Of a stretch of DNA of 64,000 nucleotides, positions 59,001 to 64,000 are shown piece after piece (the stretch's first letter is position 1; the number at the start of each line of letters is the position of its first letter). Location of the stretch: the NCBI GenBank assembly GCA_934772445.1, contig CAKVMJ010000003.1, forward strand, positions 1,672 through 65,671. The letters run 5' to 3'. The translations under genes and the position numbers were made by a program. The notes under the pieces were generated by a model. It saw nothing but the letters and a program-made list of their open reading frames with translations. It did not search any database and was not told the DNA's origin. Origin of the DNA: an uncultured Clostridia bacterium (GTDB taxonomy: Bacteria > Bacillota > Clostridia > Christensenellales > UBA1242).

Positions 59001-60569
59001 ATCAGACCACTTAACATCATCTGGAACAATCCTTACATTAATTTCTTTTGAAATCTCTTCCATTGTTACAGACTTAAATCTTATTCTACATTCTGTAATA
59101 CTAGTTGACTTGGTAACAGTTCTAAGATATAGTTGAGTTCCACTATTTACTTTCGCACCATTTAAAATCTTTTCATAAGTAGCACCCCTTCTTACAACTA
59201 ATTCAAGTTCACTATTATCATCTAAAATTTCGCAAGTAAATTTTTCTAAATCTAATTGGTTTTTATCTGGACCTAAAACGCTTATAAATATTGGTGTACC
59301 AACTAAACCATTTGTATATGTGTTATAAACATAAATTGTATCTGCATTTTTGATTTCTTTTCCATTTTCAGTTTCATAAATTCCTATATCCTCTGGAAAC
59401 GGGGAAACTTCAACTTGCATTGAAATTACTAAATCTTGAAAATATTCTTCATAACCCAAGAAATTTACATAGAATTTTATAGTTTCTGGAGCGATGATAT
59501 TTTTATGTACGATATTAAATACCCCTCCATTTTCTCCCGAAACTTTTGAAACATCAATAAGATTTGATGGAGAAGATATAACCGATGGGTTCTTTTCTCT
59601 CTCAGTTTTTATGGAGTACTTAGTTGAAGTTGATAAATGTTCGGAAATATATAAATAATCCAAAGCATTAACAGTTTCATTTCCATAGTTATACATAAAA
59701 GCAAGAGAAGCTTTCAAACTATCTGCATAGTTTGTGGATAATTTCAATTTATAATAACCATTTGCCTTATCATATTCCAAACTTGGTTTTTCTGCAAGAG
59801 TTAGATTTTGAATTTGTAATTTATTCATATCAAATGGTGATAAAACTTTAAATGTGGCAGAATTAGTAACTTTTTCTTCTCCAGCCTCATTTTTATATCT
59901 GGCCACTAATTGAAAACTATCAACATTTGAATTTTCGCTAATTGTAATTTTTGTTCCATTAATTGTAACGCCATTAACTTGAGTGTTATTAACAAATTCA
60001 AATTTAATACTATCTTTTTGGTTTGTGTTTGCAGGAACAAAAGTTAGATAATCATAAGCAGAAGATTCGTTTAACAATTCTTCCGTGATATTAGTTGTTC
60101 TGCCTTTCAAGATTGGAATAGTATCATTTTTGAAGCTTAATTCATTAATTGGGATTACAACAAACACTTTATATGTTAGTTTTAATCCACCCTCTTTAGA
60201 AATGAAATTGATAGTTGCGTATCCACCATTCTTTGCCACAAAAGAAGCCGATGTTTCTTCACCCGAATGAGAAATACTCTCTCCATCAGTTGTAAGAAAT
60301 TCTATAACATCGCTTGGCTGTTCGATAGATATATCCACTCTTCTATCAATTGAACTATCTCCACCCGTAACTTTAGCGGTTAGTGTAAAGGTTGATGAAG
60401 AAGAAGTGAGAACAAACTCATTTCTTTTCATTTCCTCATTATATTCAACAGATGAAGAACTTATTTCCATTTTTAAATTTTTATACGGATTACCGCAAGC
60501 CACTAATGTGCAACCCGTAACCATAAACATAACAAAAATAAATAATAAATTTTTCGCAAGTTTTTTCAT
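41049..60569 (-). CDS. Giant (~6,500 aa) surface lipoprotein: Ig-like stalk regions plus six GLUG-motif beta-helix-like modules
   Basis: A single open frame of 6,512 codons. The likely start is ATG 60569 (GAGGA 8 nt upstream), giving MKKLAKNLLFIFVMFMVTGC with a V-T-G-C lipobox. G-G-[LIF]-[VAI]-G turns recur in dense arrays (NIGGLIGYG, YVGGLAGKI, YVAGLIGFI, FVGGMAGVM...). No LPXTG and no C-terminal TM. Confidence 0.85.
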   Translation of the reverse strand: MKKLAKNLLFIFVMFMVTGCTLVACGNPYKNLKMEISSSSVEYNEEMKRNEFVLTSSSSTFTLTAKVTGGDSSIDRRVDISIEQPSDVIEFLTTDGESISHSGEETSASFVAKNGGYATINFISKEGGLKLTYKVFVVIPINELSFKNDTIPILKGRTTNITEELLNESSAYDYLTFVPANTNQKDSIKFEFVNNTQVNGVTINGTKITISENSNVDSFQLVARYKNEAGEEKVTNSATFKVLSPFDMNKLQIQNLTLAEKPSLEYDKANGYYKLKLSTNYADSLKASLAFMYNYGNETVNALDYLYISEHLSTSTKYSIKTEREKNPSVISSPSNLIDVSKVSGENGGVFNIVHKNIIAPETIKFYVNFLGYEEYFQDLVISMQVEVSPFPEDIGIYETENGKEIKNADTIYVYNTYTNGLVGTPIFISVLGPDKNQLDLEKFTCEILDDNSELELVVRRGATYEKILNGAKVNSGTQLYLRTVTKSTSITECRIRFKSVTMEEISKEINVRIVPDDVKWSDIGDSEATIYLNFLSDLPVTFNFMQLNNPLRNPSWINIDGQVDARYADLKIDNFKFTNSDNELVEISNKTLTGFDIKVTKIKLGNSEILVQTPNGYVFKIKVLVLMNLKSENLVAELGSYSDKDLKEIKEIGMYDDNFNEYSALVGNKQTVAIKFNENGNSYLLDINRGYTTYRIISSAPESVLVQGKNIIAKNISAYKTQIEITIRGYSWEDDNIDIEPTQKEFKFRFYVHVKSLIGSVKTTASNPSIFTLDTLNIEEREKKGITKVAINIAPIDVKSRYEVTWNLLNKLNGESLLPVGQTKIDKNNMSGEVVLEGNLINIVVNYRLSSDFKTLTLYTRILNDSSANKYLDFSSYFYVYAYVTEQYEDFYGNTYQSGFSNHTRITVANAKLVSEIIPDVALNRITFDKRELDVENETDSRIYFVKNEKSMFEFSYVLNPLNPENKTIVAQIYDASIEVEVDSENQVVKVWIVSLPINESYVTPSFNLRLCALDSAMENNDYRKWIDIQVVVQDGLEVPYEISTEEDLLKLSNNASAYSQNYVLVNNITLSNSSFKPIGSLTAPFTGSFVGSTRFGTIPSISIELNNTEELEFIGLFGVIQGAKIADIAIKNIKMNINTTNENAVIGSLVGLAIQSRIENVFIDDGNSLENLSGQKIYSIQNNQYGINLNIGANSKNILVGGLAGAIQGGAVVNSSVKVKIASGFPSIDSINMLVGGMIGYIGKESRISFEVKDSSLAEFDIYSCLNPSLENAENISATSKFAFGGVAGLNLGEIVNGQVRAFIYGNNNIGGVAGVNAGKITGAVVEPTIIGIKNIGGAVGVNLNGEGDTNSPLIELSLENGFAINSLTEFRAEIDSIKVQFIDNDDRFSYFNTAVMGEDSVGGLVGLNVTSASSGSQIILSGVIKYSSVYSYVDKVISNEKYSLADRNKLYFGDIVIKAEEGNVAGGLVGRAKNLVLQNCQINVKFNAFRLDDSAVFAYVGGAVGGLQGEDNSIAIVLKNMVVDGYFKNDNLKAGGFIGDATGIISNASIRSSGGNITYSLSKSYKYGDENFGAYNIINSYSLLKEYGTTNVVQNFAGINEYSEKIVSESLDLVKFNRQYFAKTTVTNLTQAKTVVSNIFNQTIDTVDSGAFASMLNGYGFVIDDKVENNRSFDSWCELLSNLQYKVVLTIRIVNEKTISSKVETLYYTTYETLPSYAKLDDNGNTGNYSKVVSTTTINKKFRVPNILILNSFYIGFESFVVIKNGSNYEIGANLITINESYAKNGNIVLETYKKQINGNYVSYIGSDLSLHYIEESKTLRCDENGDADSNGKFIKINNQLYYYDSIERFSRTLVDVKLYQDNLFLTNLIISNINYYSNFRNSSWNLEIIDVIDNETGWDKTNGKPANLDKKDYYLNQEVNNGFPIVLSKDKEKNGKVQFVVDLPPKNLSIECNFVDKTYPSEGEVETGTIVKVIETEEILEETYDATSNKLIAKRVESQVKADEITLSYFSVDTEKLPLKFGYYDFNHDGNLDKITQNEKVFTSHINSLIALKNRYLLNDVIKAIATPSFISSSELTIKSNSNLVKIVNENGKAYLVVSGSGVAELSITSKLNTEFSKIIKVNIINAISNIDIYSDSSRTTKLSKNNPTLNIIKNTSSGLYFSISESLTAQDGVDKTLIKLYGAVPLENNNYFDFGVRFYVLANGGTEVYHEGLTGIPDGFTINNQVFKVNKVQDKGELIYIDCDNATEAVISGLNATTYSLMAVPYIKINDNTRVLIYKNSNELSVDSGDKFNINIINGTKSVSTIIDSKTNPFSPSSFETTITTDNPNAKLYIAVQNNKNEYLDLTGDVIMPEEFTFETVESIYDEFTNKDIDSFITDKGTSRLDGAKVYELPLNDKVFEGFTVDKFRVLLTSIQRFDKNHNVIQLEENYDETKYIKYSFTITVLDEYKYYISETENLKFSFFALVNNSEKYGDNNGRVEAVSFDYAINSQAVEKVTLNHYADITLQSYDVETGKPNVITSINQSFISNTLVCGQPGLLHINIHPGYSKVDTLTLSSNVVSGYSVSLEQMYANYITNQSGEINNNYLFGGYYTSLADDEGNVEVSNSLNLKQISYGYPNEDLVEYQYNGNYYVKTSIPTFSDASIKFELHLVGYADGKKVIDEKLIISPQLTPDLVFNSNGETETAIAIGTEVELTVRTNGTIDESKLFNLTVDKNIESIILANKTYSLQDEAVERYILNRQVMPDKDGETYRFYVPYNRDIIGEEFSLEVTVYKIINNNRYESKKKVSFIISEYVINNVVAERVEKNDSGEYELNGNYNQEYALKAVIDAKYVSYKDLTIKFGTALGNSADEIAKNADTILANIRKDITKLEALITSRGLFGEYISLEDLMKNDGANGSNLISTWQNQAGNFGEVEMDRTTIDVLSNRIDEYANQTGVLNKGTLSDAYYLYRSAYWKYVDGDSYETLSVEGNYNGVQITNARASRLNTGISVSIGENSMMELLEPYATLNVRVTNINTQTKLALSVSIGYGKDINGKTSVGLADSAEDIVNREQNKYSKSFDCEFGFNAIQLSNEENPEPIYTVEELKNMQAGVHYILMEDLELENWVPLNTAIASLDGNSYVLRLKSFANFVENSQTNIGLFGVVSEATILKNIILEAVPYNRNFDDTLEIKNAEGDINVVVQDLSQIRFGLIAGENQGTITNAYVTYDADKFREERDGLLGKADGIKASYYSTYKSNNPLLDNSNRTTSIIKISGNTISSSEDIRIGGVVGVNSGYITNSAIENVSIIGNVYVAGFVCENASGGKVASSYFKGGNIYNISEKGAGSYTSNGTAGFAIFNSGEINYSYVYGRGIVQGEFTQTPNISGVTGSTELENGDTFDKRYVGLKYTYNEITNGTSYELNKFLNSQTDTKLTYTNILNQRAVGSVINSAGNASGFIYSNSGVVSNSYSNILILASGSSGFVFANGASASINNSFTLSSVQTNDTYHKPFTGVIFEGSTSQSLNEGKIENSYYMQVNKNDYQQLFDIFSALYSHKDDEGFEENYGKLYVGLQEIFLTTGQGGKNLQFVVNQEKLWSDPFGSGDSTAIGLSSVEFAAYTSFATYSFNSDYAENGTKDPEKLARAVWFIPDANNNKASENKAIANYFKHNSYTSRVPELVSANLKTMSLRKANFIPQLPSNSDIKAVLETLASDMGYIRVKSRILEATTNDGVGYPDNGISNKEIFIGLIGNNTSNSIEEDENRSCGYATKLGEAIIDAYITVKNPLIKTDLIISGNNTVQNIMNNYFINGITYTGSIQGTNYKELSDKDILEILLVAVNSINAIDENSESSYTYSYVQENSKGVNIIYGESVLNPYLITSASKFNIYSLQINNMGEETTVDQDAYLRFVKDIYFDNVLESVKTYKLTFRGDLEGNGMTIQDLKIVAENEKVKEEAIEEIGLFKVLKGEEDGLRGSNVRNLNLDINTISATAVKYVGALAGRIEGGDIENIQILGDENSLINGFNATGGLAGKISGDETIVTNIKSSVSIKSNMYTGPANRYSAKVDDPTHRFNLYHYSTNDEGNYISNIDEVSYAGGIAGILEAKTIDLGSDVVSNANIRSNQVLSDISLRGEVVGGLFGYVGRNSLISNSKLVVSENTRIIASAVGGGLVGHLEGDITSSEVTHENQTAMDSEIYNKVKNFDSNDAKSTISIEWGVAVGDDDGLFEGENPNLFGASNANAHYIGGLAGLSYSGNIEFSYNRVDVASINSKFAGGIVGLSIGLSLKDVYTTASVFSFISYGGLIGIQTMEDAFNNYDLLNASRNNDYYIKNWSDIHRNNMNTTISLGSVVGANLWKDSHKVVNRKTYRIDAYQAEIGSFIGRAMSYNTNSAYLYGDVEWYNTSKNPTNQRVKSESVYFMMAYAKSNSKKLILEIGNATSVKAILNGTDDLNIIGEYQNEANRENEYLVRNLTKYIMFEGSNSIPSTYAYSGDFTSKLKNKDAIGDTDDAFNYYRFSRLANYGSFRTIKEFITGKYMINETKTDGLTARIYDAEYIKGNAIDNHYIVRNYGESELGEYDLTKILLDTTKTGDEREVTLQFSYNGKNSRPQNIYDNWRQDTWFGVSMSETTGTRSENETYVFPRVRTKVYEDVIYVQTIYDLVNNTANYPSKTYVLLNDIDMDNYRESWNPLNSINNPFTGVIKSYNDSTILNVRASIFECADGATFKDFNIETASGKIISAGGDNFGVLVNQANNTKFTNLNLSIIDDIATSALNAGGLVGSLTGNKSRVENCQISFANGIAKSFIISNASVNVGLVAGYVQCEDEDEIPIIANAVGNIVLNGDKSNATIGGLVGKTECAIFINGVASVNIEGTNVDETNIGGLIGYGRSVRIFNSGSACGDVVLNKANNSNIGGLVGKFESFDAAGDAVDKNIGIIIQKSVSNLNIKTEDGYGNNIGGLVGYIKSNNLATDIFLVTYSAGSIKAKESNGISYNTVGGLIGLVSETMGDVIGDGINISSSYSLSKIGILKKEEKVGGIIGEYKRNEVRKDGLFNNICYVYDFIPNHNGYGLAKGYKEFTEGSLNSLKLGGTENAEWVKGSVGTTNMRFPTIKDTLTEIQLGNRNNQNVKITTDITLLTGDDKDKYSAIRYGGTVLPEDLSLENKTIYLSSTFTQSGAKNVSLDCLSVVIGLKDGGMETLVNNGIISEADVNNLTSFNGVFIKSRITTESQAIFNQEKTMYNSYMAYGSSYDYRNDKNEKVSVLDIANIDIKSFLNEYEAGKNQAKFDFEKTWALDKDGRVELRWLITTNQLWSNYQEAYDKSTGTYSIINANQLAKFASDWNNGTVANGAKVEIMADIDLTGYIWSPIGTSARPFNGTFIGNNRRISGINVTTDLSVSGRFVSGKVIGLFGYTRNAKISNLVLSSGILLAGGTETYAGTLAGQNNGASNYSRVQIRTYNGTSKVMLYGETVGGIIGKNFDQPILSQCSFEGYAYGNTAGGFVGSSNSGISFSDCYISNGDITTNINARNIEGKQNVGGLFGFAETSFNIWVDGVIYISTEIDALSSGENVNHSRIAGKIYTISSLATVGGDNKLINISSDTLKTDNSIDGFRFGKIWCRVNSLNNGYPVYFDYWIYGTKMPGEDKYHNENVITDEEKTFIETIKTNGYVDIQEPSELAWIARIVNNGEYDFAGIDVRILNDLDFSSKVWASIGEKPYIFKGNLFGYNLASNTKVERTLSNLTVSDGGLFYAIQNSKIGYIGFSSTNSVSVTSIDEDSAGIIAFIATGDCVIENITNDATLTGLVATTNIGGLIGKAENVIFKNCENNGKFNYKSAGNIGGLAGYVTGSLDIQDCINKSDLNGINVGGFVAIVDGKVLISNSKNSGLITASESAGGLIAIRNSSAEVVQFVACFNNNSVTGKDYVGGLAGKIVSSYDNGVSCVVNNCQNTGRITGSTYVAGLIGFIDAKSSTIQGVNGEITNTGSINANGDYSGSIVASIKAETIELTNLNNIAKVTSKGSFAGGIIGFVDCSNSLIANNIANAGDIETSNSLASYVGGIFGFVGTEIIANEITGNFTQKLYSSGSQSVVELNNITNSGLITANNYSFVGGMAGVMIANNVQAVDILNSRNVTGLNYVGGLFGYVENLTLSGNTYSKETDSGYNDFEKDENNNYLVDDATGLYYISGEIIINNYYQTLNKGNIKGNNYVGGFIGFGMKTSIVGKQVDKSVYYLRNMGNVEGYANVGGIIGKLNHTASSNDYFETISVETDGVVSQTNNDNFNADFNYENNGLKYLVNNGNITAREFVGGIAGDAVSINEVVANYASISLLGDASYVGGLFGSLRGKLNVAKNFGDIINEEEVTLNNIGGLLGYLEIYGERKQEAGSFKWFYYGVTEVKNIQNIGSVTVETTNSGALIGKAQIANSTNLFEFKSKEVISQSMAGNSTNNSFKDVRLFGGKDNKNIEGKNDVNLATFDYVYSNGNSTTLISFYNNHQWKYDSFVNADDETTPMFELVLYKF

Positions 60570-60750
60570 TTCCATTTTCCTCTGCATTTATGTTTTGTAA
60601 ATTCAAAACAATTATTTAATTTATATATAAATATTATATATACATAACGCAAAATATCAAAATAAAATTAAATAAAACATAAAAAAATAGAAAAGAATTT
60701 TACTTTAAATCTTTCCTATTTTTAATTTTTAGAAATGTTTACATTTCTAA

Positions 60751-62085
60751 TTAAAATAATAAATCACCATTTTCAGTATGCACAACTCTCATTATATCCA
60801 ATTCTTCACCAGTTGATGAATCTAAATAAACATAATAGGTATAATCTTTCCAAACACAAACATATTCATAAGCAAAACTCTCACCAACATACTTATTGGG
60901 AATGATTGCATAATTTCGTTCTTTAACCTCTAGTTCACTATTTAAAAGTTTTTGCGCTTCGGCAATTCCAAGTTTATCTAAAAACGCATTTCTTTCAATA
61001 TGATTATATGCATAATTTGTGGCCTCTAATCCAACCACCACTCCGCTCGATTTATCAACCTTAACTTTAATCAAATCTGGATAATAAATTACACCATCTA
61101 CAATTGGGGCAAAATTAAAATAATAATCTGTGGCTGTGGCCTGACTCCAAACTTCATACATATTTTCAAAACCAAACTCAGCTAAAATATTTTTAGATAA
61201 CTGCTTTGCATTATCTTTTGTTATTTCAGTTCTTTTTTCATCGGTACTACTTACAATGCTTAATAGCTGACCACCCTTTTTAGTTAATTGAACATACAAT
61301 TTCATCTTATCTTTTTTCAAATAGAAATTATATGTTTGAATTTTTCCATCACCCTCGTTTATATATTCAACAGAATAACCCTCATAATATTTTAAAAGCT
61401 TTTGCATTTTTTCTAATGCTTGAACTTTTGTGATTTCACTTTTATTTAAACCTTTAACTTCTTTATTCACAACACTATCTGAAAACGGTCCATCAAAGAT
61501 AAGCGATGGAACTTTGCTTGAAGGATTTTCAATATTTATAAATCCAGCATCAAAGTTACTTTCACTCTCACGATTAAAATCCACATTATCCAAAATTGAA
61601 TAATCCGATTTCAAACTAGAGATGAAACTATTTAAATCATAAAGTGTTTGCCTACTCTCATCAAACAAATCTGAAATATTTTTAAAATCATCAGAGGATA
61701 ATTTTTCTCCATTTTCTAATTTTTCAATTAAGCTTACAACATACCCACCAACAATGTTTATATGATTATTAACTTTTGTTAGTTTTTTATTTTGAATTGG
61801 TAACGCATTTAAGTTTGCTCCAGCCAACACACAAGAAACATAAACGCCTTGCAAAATCTCTTCTTGTTTTGATGAAGAATTTGTTGCCACCACCTTACTC
61901 ATTTCCAAACTTACCGATTCAATATTATCCACCAATTCATAAAAATTTTTTTGATATAAGTTTTCCAATTGCATAGTATATTTATTGTTTTGAACCACTA
62001 ATGTAACACTCAAAACACATACAGCAACGAAACTAAAAAAACCAACCAAACTTAATATCAAAATAGCAACATTTTGCTTACTCAT
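60751..62085 (-). CDS. ypeB: Germination protein YpeB
   Basis: 444 aa. N-terminal TM, LENLYQKNFYELVDNIESVSLEMSKV, C-terminal PepSY-like repeats. Immediately downstream of sleB, as in Bacillus and Clostridium. Confidence 0.8.
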   Translation of the reverse strand: MSKQNVAILILSLVGFFSFVAVCVLSVTLVVQNNKYTMQLENLYQKNFYELVDNIESVSLEMSKVVATNSSSKQEEILQGVYVSCVLAGANLNALPIQNKKLTKVNNHINIVGGYVVSLIEKLENGEKLSSDDFKNISDLFDESRQTLYDLNSFISSLKSDYSILDNVDFNRESESNFDAGFINIENPSSKVPSLIFDGPFSDSVVNKEVKGLNKSEITKVQALEKMQKLLKYYEGYSVEYINEGDGKIQTYNFYLKKDKMKLYVQLTKKGGQLLSIVSSTDEKRTEITKDNAKQLSKNILAEFGFENMYEVWSQATATDYYFNFAPIVDGVIYYPDLIKVKVDKSSGVVVGLEATNYAYNHIERNAFLDKLGIAEAQKLLNSELEVKERNYAIIPNKYVGESFAYEYVCVWKDYTYYVYLDSSTGEELDIMRVVHTENGDLLF

Positions 62086-62163
62086 AACTCTCCCTTCTCT
62101 AACTTTATGACAAAAAATTTAATATTTTTGACATAATAATATATTAAAACATACAATAAACCA

Positions 62164-62814
62164 CTATAACGCAAATACATGATTACCTATAGTTGTTACC
62201 ACTTGCCTACTATAAATCCAACTACTTGTTGCCACTTTTGGATTATAATAAAACAAGCAACCATAAGTGGGGTCCCAACCATTCAAGGCGTCTTGAGCAG
62301 CCTTATATGCAGTTTGATTTGGCTCTAAATTTATCTGTCCATCATTAACTGCAGTGAAAGCCCAAGGCTGATAAATTACACCATAAACAGTGTTTGGAAA
62401 ATCTGGACTATTAACTCTATTTAATATTACTGCACCAACTGCAACCATACCTTCATAAACCTCGCCTCTCGATTCTGCATAAATACATTTCGCAAGCAAA
62501 TATAAATCGTTATTATTTTGCGTTCCAATATTTATGCCAAGAGCATTTGCAGTTGCACCATCTATAACGCCACTTTGTGTTAGATTATGTTTTCTTTGAA
62601 AATAGATAATTGCATCAATTGTGGCTTGGTCGTTTACACCAGTTATAGCACCATCATAATATCCCCAATCTCTTAATCTTATTTGAACCTCTTCATAATC
62701 AATTGCACTCGCCCAAAGCTTATTTTGGTTTGGCAATATAGAGAAAACTAACATCATAGTTAGAATAAAAATTAATAATATTGAAGCCAAAATTCCTGTT
62801 AAATACTTTTTCAT
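62164..62814 (-). CDS. sleB: Spore cortex-lytic enzyme SleB
   Basis: 216 aa. Signal/TM, peptidoglycan-binding domain (LRDWGYYDGAITGVNDQATIDAIIYFQRKHNL) and Hydrolase_2 catalytic domain (CIYAESRGEVYEGMVAVGAVILNRV). Confidence 0.85.
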   Translation of the reverse strand: MKKYLTGILASILLIFILTMMLVFSILPNQNKLWASAIDYEEVQIRLRDWGYYDGAITGVNDQATIDAIIYFQRKHNLTQSGVIDGATANALGINIGTQNNNDLYLLAKCIYAESRGEVYEGMVAVGAVILNRVNSPDFPNTVYGVIYQPWAFTAVNDGQINLEPNQTAYKAAQDALNGWDPTYGCLFYYNPKVATSSWIYSRQVVTTIGNHVFAL

Positions 62815-62825
62815 TGAATCACCTT

Positions 62826-63341
62826 TTAATTAAAGAATTGTTTAATTATTTCCAACAACCTACTTTTATAAACCACCTTACTTGTAGAATTTTCAACAAA
62901 ACATAAAGGCGGATAAACCACACACCACCAATTATCCCCACTACCCGTTCCAAGATTTACAATTAAAGCATCATAGTAATCACTCTCTAGCAAAAACTCG
63001 CCATAATATCTGGTTGGGAATAATTCGTTATTTATTTCAATATGACTTTTATAATTAAATCCATTTTCTTTTAAAACTTTATTAGCCACATTTTCCATAT
63101 TCCTAAAGTTATTCTCCAAAACATCTATAAGTTCTTCCTTGCTTTGAACATTGCAGATTAATGGTGTGATATATTCCACCAACTTATCTTTAACTTTATA
63201 TTTAACTTCTTGGTCTATTTCAGCATTGCTATTTGCCCTTATATGCAATCTTAAATAATCTGTATTTTTTAAAGTGTTGCAAGCACCAATAAACATCATA
63301 CAAACAAACAATAAAAATATGTAAACTAATTTCTTTTTCAT
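62826..63341 (-). CDS. spoIIR: Stage II sporulation protein R
   Basis: LRLHIRANSNAEIDQEVKYKVKDKLV and GTGSGDNWWCVVYPPLCF are SpoIIR signatures. The start is ATG 63341 with an AGGAGA RBS; the track GTG at 63368 is less likely. Confidence 0.85.
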   Translation of the reverse strand: MKKKLVYIFLLFVCMMFIGACNTLKNTDYLRLHIRANSNAEIDQEVKYKVKDKLVEYITPLICNVQSKEELIDVLENNFRNMENVANKVLKENGFNYKSHIEINNELFPTRYYGEFLLESDYYDALIVNLGTGSGDNWWCVVYPPLCFVENSTSKVVYKSRLLEIIKQFFN

Positions 63342-63478
63342 AACATCTCCTAAGAAATTAATTGACACTAATGAAAAATTAATAATGTTTTTGTCAAAAA
63401 ACCAATATTAAAAAACAAAAAAACGACAATATATAACAATATCATCGCTTTTTATTTTTTATTTATATAATTAACTTA

Positions 63479-64000
63479 TTAAAATTCAATTAATCTTTGC
63501 TTATAAATAACAATCTTTGTACCTGCTTTTAAAGGTAATTCTAAATCTGGATTTTGCTCTAAAATCATATCAGGTGAAACATTCATTTCTTTAGCTATAT
63601 CCCAAATTGTATCTCCATCTTTAACGATATAAATACTTAAAACTAAATCATCATAAGGTTTTTCTTCGCCCTCACTAGCTTCATTTATAACACATTCTTT
63701 AAGGCTAGTATAAAAATCTGCATAGATAAATAATTTAGCATTTATTTCTATTTCCTTACCTCTCTTACCCTTTGCAACAACTTCGCCAATTCCAATATTT
63801 ATAACTGGTTGAAAATCATTAGGAATATCGTTTGCATTCAATAGCAATGAGAATGGCATCTCCACTTCATAAGAAATTGTGGCATTATCTTCTTTATTAA
63901 AGTAGATAACGGTTGTGTTTGCAACACCTTCTAAAAGCAATCTATTATCCATAATCCTTGCATTTGCTAAAGTGATATGATTGCAACAATTTCCAAGCAC
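63479..64000 (-). CDS. SpoVID-like spore coat morphogenetic protein (SPOCS/DUF3794 domain plus C-terminal LysM); N-terminus outside the window
   Basis: C-terminal LysM (YIVKDGDTIWDIAKEMNVSPDMILEQNPDLELPLKAGTKIVIYK) preceded by a SPOCS-like beta region. Sporulation gene neighbourhood. Confidence 0.55.
   Translation of the reverse strand: MLGNCCNHITLANARIMDNRLLLEGVANTTVIYFNKEDNATISYEVEMPFSLLLNANDIPNDFQPVINIGIGEVVAKGKRGKEIEINAKLFIYADFYTSLKECVINEASEGEEKPYDDLVLSIYIVKDGDTIWDIAKEMNVSPDMILEQNPDLELPLKAGTKIVIYKQRLIEF

Noticed and set aside
41049-60600. About 25 short ORFs from the track inside the giant gene, including two same-strand out-of-frame ones (49553..49858, 50483..50704)
   Set aside because: All are 101 codons or shorter, lack an RBS and lie fully inside a 6,512-codon frame. 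Nothing suggests overlapping genes or a programmed frameshift.

Overview
AT-rich (about 70% A+T by eye) chromosomal segment from a low-GC, endospore-forming Firmicute that uses the standard bacterial code. It holds about 55 protein genes, mostly on the minus strand, and one tRNA-Arg(UCG). I found no rRNA, CRISPR array, transposase or integrase. Housekeeping genes: murB, uvrC, lgt, asnA, lepB, ftsH, aspS and the rpmG-secE-nusG-rplK-rplA / rplJ-rplL cluster. That cluster has a recognisable L10 leader-attenuator and a LysR gene remnant wedged between rplA and rplJ. Sporulation and germination genes: sleB-ypeB, spoIIR, a SpoVID-like SPOCS+LysM protein (partial) and a collagen-like BclA-type protein. 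There is also an ArsR-regulated P1B metal ATPase and a 1,271-aa SF1 helicase fused to a restriction-endonuclease-like domain. That helicase lies in a small accessory stretch next to the tRNA. The window carries many cell-surface genes, dominated by one uninterrupted 19.5-kb ORF: a lipoprotein of about 6,500 aa with Ig-like stalks and six GLUG-type beta-helix modules. Points most worth a second look: (1) the giant ORF; (2) a consensus promoter whose 17-nt spacer is almost entirely an A13 tract, upstream of a BspA-type LRR surface protein, which looks like a slipped-strand phase switch; (3) a tRNA-Arg whose universal G19:C56 elbow pair is replaced by a compensated U19:A56; (4) no TGA among about 55 stop codons; (5) tandem diverged paralogues that keep a 97-nt near-identical promoter block. 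All calls come from reading the sequence and the ORF track. No database search was run.
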